Of a stretch of DNA of 64,000 nucleotides, positions 58,025 to 64,000 are shown piece after piece; within the stretch, counting starts at the first letter, position 1, and each line of letters begins with the position of its first letter. Location of the stretch: assembly GCA_016712465.1 (NCBI GenBank), contig JADJQZ010000001.1:5477300-5541299 (forward strand), in the 5' to 3' direction. Under the pieces are notes generated by a model that ran no database searches, was not told the DNA's origin, and saw nothing but the letters and a program-made list of their open reading frames with translations. This stretch comes from Candidatus Obscuribacter sp. Its GTDB lineage: Bacteria; Cyanobacteriota; Vampirovibrionia; Obscuribacterales; Obscuribacteraceae. The position numbers were made by a program, and so were the translations under genes.

Positions 58025-58473
58025 AGTACTTTCAGATCTGTCCGCAGGTTGCAGGCGTCTGTGGAGATGAAACCGTATGTGATGATTGGTCTAGTCGCCC
58101 AGTCGTGATTCGCAAGCTGCAGTTTGAGTTAGAGTCATGGCCTGAAGACGATTTAATTTTGGCTACGGTTGGAGGGTACGCAGGAACTAGCAGGCTTGCG
58201 GAGGCAATCAAGAAGGCTGAACTCACCGGTATAGAGTTCGATCGACTTGAGATGATAAAAGGTGACCAATTCTGGCTTCAAGAAGAAGAGCACGCAAATG
58301 AAAAGATTCCAGAGTACAGGTGGTTCAAATTTACAGGCGAGCCTGGCGTCGATGATTTCGGAATCATCGGGAAACCCGTGGCTTTACCATTGACCGTTTC
58401 CGAACGGGCGTTGAAGATATTGAGACAGTTCAATATGAATAATCTGCGCACCAAAGGCTTTCGAGTCAAGTAG
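58021..58473 (+). CDS. Putative cognate immunity protein (Imm11/DUF1629-like pattern)
   Basis: ATGA start/stop overlap with the toxin gene. 150 aa. The ..ILATVGGYAGTSRLAEAIKKAELTGIEFDRLEMI.. block resembles Imm11-type immunity proteins. Confidence 0.5.
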   Translation: MKYFQICPQVAGVCGDETVCDDWSSRPVVIRKLQFELESWPEDDLILATVGGYAGTSRLAEAIKKAELTGIEFDRLEMIKGDQFWLQEEEHANEKIPEYRWFKFTGEPGVDDFGIIGKPVALPLTVSERALKILRQFNMNNLRTKGFRVK

Positions 58474-58588
58474 AGTTCTAGTAAGAACAACTTATCTGTC
58501 CTTACCTGTCCTTACCGACACTTGATCTTGATTCCCAACATCGAACCACCCTCAAGGCAACTGAAAGAGGAAAGCAATGCAAGGCCGA

Positions 58589-61354
58589 TTAAAAGCCGGA
58601 AAATGAAGTTGGTGCTTTCGACTTAAGACCGGTTGGCTCGGCACAAGCTTGCAGAAGTTTCTTGCTGCCTGAAACTTCCGTCATCACCGGATAGTTCCCA
58701 AAGGCATCTTCGACCTCCGGCTTCTGTGCAGGAGGGGCGGAAACCGGCGGCAAGACATAATAATGACCTTCAAAAGTGTACGGCTGCTGAGAGTGTTGCT
58801 GAGCAACTATCTCGGCATCCCAAACAGGGTACTCCGGGGCCTTGAACCAGACCCGCAGATGTTCCGCCGCTGTCTCCTTCATGTTTTGTCTGGCCATGGC
58901 TTCTATCATTAAAATATACAGCGGCGAACTGGGGACTTTACTACTCGTTTCCGGAGTGAGCTGCCGTGATCTTAGAAAGGCAGGCACTTCCTTAGCACGG
59001 TGGTTTCTGGTCAACAGGTCACAATAGGCCACAGTCACCACCTGGTCAGACCAGTAATCTCCATCTTTATCGACAATTTCAAAGTATCGCTTGTAAGTTT
59101 TCATGGCGCTGGCATCATCACCGACCGAAACATAACAAGCTGCCAGTTGCGCCAGGATTCCTTGCAATTTAGGTCCGTGCTTACCGTTGGCTTGCTCCAG
59201 AATGGCCAGTTGCCGCTCGAGCAGAGGAATAGCCTTCTTCTTGTTCGGATCGCCCATCACCACAGACGACTCCCGCCTGAGAGTAAGGGCTGAATCCACC
59301 AGATAAGAGAGTTGAGATACGGGAGTTTGCGAGGTAGATTCCGTGACCGGTACGAATTTTAAGTAGCCGGCGGCAGCCTCCAGGTCTCCAGCCAGTAGCT
59401 CATCGCAACCCAGCCGTAGATAGGTTTTGGCATTGGGCCACAAAAGATGCAGCCGGGCAAGCTTTTCATTGAGCGGCTTCAGTGCCGGGTTATCTTCCGA
59501 GTCATCGCTCGCCCCTAAGGCATAGTACCAGAGAGACCGGGCCAGATAACTCTTCGCTTTAGCCGGCGGCAGGCTAAGCCCCAACTTAAGATTTGCCTCT
59601 GCCGCTAACTCCTTCAACATTGCGTCATCAAGATTGGCATCATTGAATCTGTTGGCGGTCTCTCCAGCCAGGCTGGCGCAGGCCTGATACTTCTTCGCTT
59701 TCATCAGGTCTCGCAGTTGTGCCATAGTCTTCTGCGCATCTGCGCTTCTTAACTCTTTGTCAGGCATGTGCAAATAAAGCTGACTCATATTGTCGAGAAG
59801 CCCGAGGGCATAGGAGCGCATGTGCGGTCCATGATTGAAATACTCAAAAGCTTTTTCATACTCATGAATGGCGTCTTCAGCCAACTTATCACGCTTAACG
59901 CCCATTCCACTGTCCAGGGCTTGCACCCGGTAAGAATCGGCCAGTTCCCAGTGCAAATCGGCAAGCAGACCGGGAGGCTTTCCAATCAATTCGGCTTGCT
60001 TGATTGCTTCTTTATAGTTTGACTGAGCCAGGGGCCAATCTACAAAACGAGCTATCTGAGCCTCATCAATCAGCTTCTGCAACTGTATTTCACCAATATA
60101 CTTAACGGCGAAGAGCCCCAGCAGCAAGTAGGCAGTTAAAGCCGCCGTGATTTTGCGATCAAAGCGATCAAGGAAACGAAAAAGCAGAAGTTTCTCCGCT
60201 TTGCGCGGCAGTCTCTTAACCTTCTCTATCTTGGCGGCATCAAAACATTCAATAATAATATTGAGCGCCCTCTTCAGCTCATTGACGCTGCCAAAGCGCT
60301 TAGCCGGTTTCTTATGCAGGCAGCGTTTGACCACGCAGTCGAGAAGCTTGAGGGCACAATGTTCGGGAGACTCGGGACTGTACTGACCGGCCATTTCATA
60401 AAGCACATCAACGGCGAGATTGCCTGCCTGTGGCGGGCGACCGACCAGGGCTTCATACATGATGCAACCAAGAGAGTAAATATCCGAACGAGCATCTACA
60501 TGTGAGCGATCAAGACATTGCTCGGGGCTCATATAAAACGCGTTCTGAACGGCATCGACAGGCATGCCGAAATCATAGACTTTAAGAGCTTCGTCATCTA
60601 ACTCATCGCCTGCAAAAACAATCTTCTCCGGCGTGAGGTTGCCGTGCATCAGATTGCGAGAATGCGCGTCAGCAAGCACATCGCAGATCTGAACAAAGAC
60701 CGAAAGAAAATACGCCACGTCCAGTCTCTTGCGCCGTTTTATAAGATCAGAAAGCGACTCACCCTTGAGCCAGTCTGATACCACATAAGGTGTGCCCTCA
60801 TCACTGATGCCATTCTCGTAAACCGTCACATGATTGGCGTGAGTGAAGTCTCGTGCTTGACCCGCTGCTTTCTGAATCTCCTTGATCTGACCGCTATCAC
60901 TGATGCGCTCATTGAAAATTCGCAAGGCTAGAAAGCCTTCCAGATCTATATTCCTGGCGGCATAGGTGGTGCTTATCGAGTCCTTCTGGATTTCAAATAG
61001 TAGTTCGTAGTTGAGAAACTTCTTTGCCGGTAGTGCAGGAGACTGCGAATCTCTTGCCTCCACTTGCCCTTCTGCCTGCCCGCCTGGCTCGCTCACTTCT
61101 GCCCCTTCCGCCAGGGCCGGACAGCATTGGCTCGACTGCGGCTCCGGCGATAGCGACTGCGGCTCCGGCGATAGCGACTGCGGCTCCGGCAATAGCGACT
61201 GCGGCTCCGGCGATAGCGACGCCGGCTCAGACATGGATGGTTCTGCTATCAAGGAAACGGTTTTCTCACCCTCAACAATTTTGGGCGATTTAGCTAACTC
61301 GGCTAGAGGCGCCGCTTCACGGGCGGAGCCCCTGCCCATTTGTTTTCTAGGCAT
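58589..61354 (-). CDS. Ser/Thr protein kinase-like protein (predicted pseudokinase) with a TM helix and a long TPR-like C-terminal region
   Basis: Hanks-type blocks DFG, YMSPEQ and DIYSLGCIMYE are present. The beta3 Lys is Arg (LALRIF, 60920-60922), the catalytic loop reads HGNLTPEK instead of HRDLKPxN (60638-60646), and the Gly loop is absent. Confidence 0.75.
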   Translation of the reverse strand: MPRKQMGRGSAREAAPLAELAKSPKIVEGEKTVSLIAEPSMSEPASLSPEPQSLLPEPQSLSPEPQSLSPEPQSSQCCPALAEGAEVSEPGGQAEGQVEARDSQSPALPAKKFLNYELLFEIQKDSISTTYAARNIDLEGFLALRIFNERISDSGQIKEIQKAAGQARDFTHANHVTVYENGISDEGTPYVVSDWLKGESLSDLIKRRKRLDVAYFLSVFVQICDVLADAHSRNLMHGNLTPEKIVFAGDELDDEALKVYDFGMPVDAVQNAFYMSPEQCLDRSHVDARSDIYSLGCIMYEALVGRPPQAGNLAVDVLYEMAGQYSPESPEHCALKLLDCVVKRCLHKKPAKRFGSVNELKRALNIIIECFDAAKIEKVKRLPRKAEKLLLFRFLDRFDRKITAALTAYLLLGLFAVKYIGEIQLQKLIDEAQIARFVDWPLAQSNYKEAIKQAELIGKPPGLLADLHWELADSYRVQALDSGMGVKRDKLAEDAIHEYEKAFEYFNHGPHMRSYALGLLDNMSQLYLHMPDKELRSADAQKTMAQLRDLMKAKKYQACASLAGETANRFNDANLDDAMLKELAAEANLKLGLSLPPAKAKSYLARSLWYYALGASDDSEDNPALKPLNEKLARLHLLWPNAKTYLRLGCDELLAGDLEAAAGYLKFVPVTESTSQTPVSQLSYLVDSALTLRRESSVVMGDPNKKKAIPLLERQLAILEQANGKHGPKLQGILAQLAACYVSVGDDASAMKTYKRYFEIVDKDGDYWSDQVVTVAYCDLLTRNHRAKEVPAFLRSRQLTPETSSKVPSSPLYILMIEAMARQNMKETAAEHLRVWFKAPEYPVWDAEIVAQQHSQQPYTFEGHYYVLPPVSAPPAQKPEVEDAFGNYPVMTEVSGSKKLLQACAEPTGLKSKAPTSFSGF
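61134..61217. repeat. Four tandem 21-bp units encoding EPQSLSP heptapeptide repeats in the kinase-like protein N-terminus
   Basis: Units GACTGCGGCTCCGGCGATAGC at 61134, 61155, 61176 (one substitution) and 61197. Confidence 0.9.
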
Positions 61355-61525
61355 CTTATCGGTATTCCTGGTAAAACTGCTGAATCACGAGCAACTGCTC
61401 GAACCTTATGAATACCCGAATTCGCCGCCCCTTGTCAACCAGGGTTTTTCCTAGATCTTTTGTGCCTCCTGTTTGCGCCAAGTCACAAAGGCCTGTCGAC
61501 TAGAAGAATTCTGGAAGCGCACAGA

Positions 61526-62293
61526 CTATCTGAGCAGGTTCTTAAAGGCATCGTTAAACTGCTGCCCTTCACCGAATACTCGATCACCTACGGAAGCTCC
61601 CAGACTGCCGGCTTCACGCTTGCGTGGATCTCTATTCCAGCCGAACACTCCGTTTTCCAGGTGAACCCCGCCACCAAGACCGGCAGAGGATGCGAGAATT
61701 CCACCGTAGAAATGATAGAGAGTTCCCGCCACATCGGTCTTAGACATTTTGTCGGGAGAATTCTGATCGAATCTTTCCAGTCTATTGAAGACGTTATCCG
61801 ACTGTTGCTTGGAGAAAGTGTCGAAGGGGTAGCCCATGTCCGGACGCGGTCTGTCGGTCACCGGTGCCTGGCCTCGTTCTACAGAGGCAATATTCTTGGT
61901 GAAGTTAGCCAGGGTGAGCGTGGCGAGATATTTGTCATTGTTGCAAATATACATGGCTCGCTCAACCATCGTCTTATGGCTGATCGGACCCTGGTCGGCT
62001 TGCAGATCTTTCATCAACCGCTGCTCGTAAGGTCTGGTTACCTTGGCACTGTAGGCATCGTCAAACATCGGCGGCTCGTTGGTATTTTTGCCCAGATACC
62101 CACCAACTGTCAGGTCCTTCACAATTTCCAGTCCGTTCAATCCTTTTGTTCTATTTGCAAACGGCTCATTGAATGCATCGGATACTCCATTACGGATGGC
62201 ATCATAATGCTTTTGCACTGCCGGTGAAAGCCCTTCAAATAGGCGAACATTTTGAGCCAGCAAAATTGAATTGTCACCGGAAGAAGAAAACAC
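61526..62293 (-). CDS. Hypothetical protein, possibly the C-terminal part of a frameshifted larger gene
   Basis: 255-aa ORF. Its frame stays open upstream to 62371 and overlaps the end of ORF 62340-62768. Confidence 0.45.
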   Translation of the reverse strand: MFSSSGDNSILLAQNVRLFEGLSPAVQKHYDAIRNGVSDAFNEPFANRTKGLNGLEIVKDLTVGGYLGKNTNEPPMFDDAYSAKVTRPYEQRLMKDLQADQGPISHKTMVERAMYICNNDKYLATLTLANFTKNIASVERGQAPVTDRPRPDMGYPFDTFSKQQSDNVFNRLERFDQNSPDKMSKTDVAGTLYHFYGGILASSAGLGGGVHLENGVFGWNRDPRKREAGSLGASVGDRVFGEGQQFNDAFKNLLR

Positions 62294-62339
62294 CGATTTG
62301 AAAATACTGTTATCGCCAAAGTCGAGTTTGCCGGTCGCA

Positions 62340-62768
62340 TCAGAAGATGCCCACCGATGCGTCCAGGCGGTTTAGAGAGCCGATCTGGCTGCCGGCAAGC
62401 TTCATCGGGGCTTTGGATTCCAACTGGTCCAAGCCGGCTATCTCAGGTATGCCGAACTGCTTATCGAGCAAAGACTTGGCATTCGAACTATCTTTCAAGT
62501 GGTTGACGTTCGAAACCTGTAAATCCAAATTGTCGGAAGCTAGGTGAGAGACGGAAGAGCTCTTCTGCGACTCTTCTGCCATTTCCATTCTGGACATATA
62601 CGGCACCTCAGGGGAATATTGGCGCTTAATTGTTGCTAGTAAGGGGACCAGGCACTCAAAGCCAGTCAGCGCTTGACAATATGAATTTATGGCAAACTCT
62701 GTGACAAGTACATACCAGCGGTCATGACCTACCGTGTCAGGGGTTGTAAACTGAGGTTTGCCCGTCAC
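62340..62768 (-). CDS. Hypothetical protein, possibly the N-terminal part of the gene continuing in 61526-62293
   Basis: 142-aa ORF ending 46 nt before the GTG of the next ORF on the same strand. Confidence 0.35.
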   Translation of the reverse strand: MTGKPQFTTPDTVGHDRWYVLVTEFAINSYCQALTGFECLVPLLATIKRQYSPEVPYMSRMEMAEESQKSSSVSHLASDNLDLQVSNVNHLKDSSNAKSLLDKQFGIPEIAGLDQLESKAPMKLAGSQIGSLNRLDASVGIF

Positions 62769-62791
62769 CCATAATCTTTCCGAAAACCACC

Positions 62792-63586
62792 TTGGCTAAA
62801 TTCATACAACTGATTCTCACCATAACGGCTCTAGGTTTCTGTCTGGCAAAAGCCGCCCCAGCCACTCAGCAGTTTGCCTTCTCACCGGATCGGAAGCACA
62901 TTGCCACTAACTCAAGGGGTAAGGTCACGATCAATAATGCCCAGGGCAAGCAACTCTCCCAATTTGATCCTAAAGACTCGGCCGGTCCCCACACCGGCAT
63001 CATGGAACTCTACTTTGTAGACAACAACCGCCTGGGCATCAGGCTGCACATGAATCCATCACTGGACTACCTTTCAATAACAGATTTGAAAGGCAAAGAG
63101 ATAGAACACTACCTGGGTTACAACTTCATCTGGTGCAATGATCGCTCGGCGGTAGCTCATGTCGGGCAAATGATTCACTTCAGCGAATGGCCCCACAGTG
63201 AATACATCCAGATAAACAACCGCACAGTTTATCCTCCTTCCGGACCCGCTTACGGTAAAGAGGCAACCACGGTGCACACCTTCATCCCACCCTTCTGCTG
63301 GAGTCCCGACGACAGCAACCTGGCAGTAATAGATGAAGTCGAGGGGAAGGATAAAGGCAAGTACCTGGTCATTATTCCAACTAACCTGAAGGTGAAGGGC
63401 GCAGGGAGCTCCGGCAAGCAGGCGCAGACGCGCCGCTTCCAGATACTGCCGCAGCAAGCCGCTTCCATCGGTTCGCAATGTCCCGACGGTATCAAGTTGA
63501 CCTGGCAGGGAAAGACGGCTGTCACTATCTCTGCGGCAAACGGCCGCCAGGGAAAAGGCTTGCCCTGTACCATATCAATCAAGTAA
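62792..63586 (+). CDS. Secreted hypothetical protein
   Basis: 264-aa ORF. TTG start. Signal peptide FIQLILTITALGFCLAKAAPA. No family recognised. Confidence 0.5.
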   Translation: MAKFIQLILTITALGFCLAKAAPATQQFAFSPDRKHIATNSRGKVTINNAQGKQLSQFDPKDSAGPHTGIMELYFVDNNRLGIRLHMNPSLDYLSITDLKGKEIEHYLGYNFIWCNDRSAVAHVGQMIHFSEWPHSEYIQINNRTVYPPSGPAYGKEATTVHTFIPPFCWSPDDSNLAVIDEVEGKDKGKYLVIIPTNLKVKGAGSSGKQAQTRRFQILPQQAASIGSQCPDGIKLTWQGKTAVTISAANGRQGKGLPCTISIK

Positions 63587-64000
63587 AAGCTTCACACTAC
63601 GGACTTAACACCATGGATTTCCTCACCTGAATTTACAAGTAAACCGACACAAGATAAACTGGCCGACTCATCACCATGAAATGGAAACCACGGGGCTCAG
63701 AAGTAAAGGTCAGAAATTTTTTCAGCAAAGGTCAGTATTGAGATGCCAATATCAAATGGAGCTTCCCCGGAAGCTGTCCACCCGAGCCTTCCCGAAAGAG
63801 CTGCAAATACATTCAGCAAGAACCTTGCCGGAACCGTCTCAGAACCGCGCAGCCGACTTTTTCTGGCTCTGCGCTTTGCCATGGCACCGCGCACCTACAA
63901 AAGAACAAGAAAAAAATCGCAACCGGCACGCTCCAGGCTGCTTGACCTGTTGCTTCTGCCGCCCCTGCTGTCTCTGACAATATGTGGAACAGCGGCCCGG

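Noticed and set aside
63681-63977. 98-aa ORF, and its antisense ORF, at the window end
   Set aside because: The translations are Arg/Cys/Pro-rich with no motif and no ribosome-binding context. The region is likely non-coding, or belongs to a gene beyond the window.

Overview
64-kb bacterial chromosomal window. I saw no rRNA, tRNA or CRISPR array. Roughly 1-25.6 kb is core or housekeeping sequence: cyclophilin, dnaK with its own terminator, a DUF4388/degenerate-GGDEF protein, an MBL-fold hydrolase, a WG-repeat protein, alpha-glucan phosphorylase, a redoxin, a TPR protein, a frameshifted secreted katG, an HD-domain hydrolase and the ffh-rpsP-KH cluster. From ~25.6 kb the window becomes a mosaic of more AT-rich accessory modules. 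(1) A KAP-family P-loop NTPase gene is split by a decayed IS256-family element with an 8-bp target duplication, and is convergent with an HNH-finger protein. (2) An IS3 remnant follows. (3) A run of hydrolases comes next: two tandem DUF900 alpha/beta hydrolases, an EEP nuclease/phosphatase, a GxSxG hydrolase, a membrane-anchored protein and an odd ACP-like protein. (4) A 1179-aa protein fuses a glycine-zipper membrane domain to a phospholipase C/AcpA-type phosphoesterase, with an upstream membrane protein. (5) A SulP transporter and a sirtuin follow. (6) A Tat-signal NosZ-like beta-propeller lacking the CuA domain is translationally coupled to an FtsX/MacB-type ABC system. (7) Most notably, 50.4-58.5 kb holds a compact module that I could not map to any described system. 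It comprises a giant HerA/FtsK-type ATPase (952 aa), a Ser/Thr/Asn-rich partner protein with a divergently encoded possible paralogue, an xHH (HNH/EndoVII-fold) nuclease toxin and its immunity gene. The window ends with a TPR-containing predicted pseudokinase and hypothetical secreted proteins. All domain calls come from motif recognition by eye in the supplied translations. None was verified by a database search.
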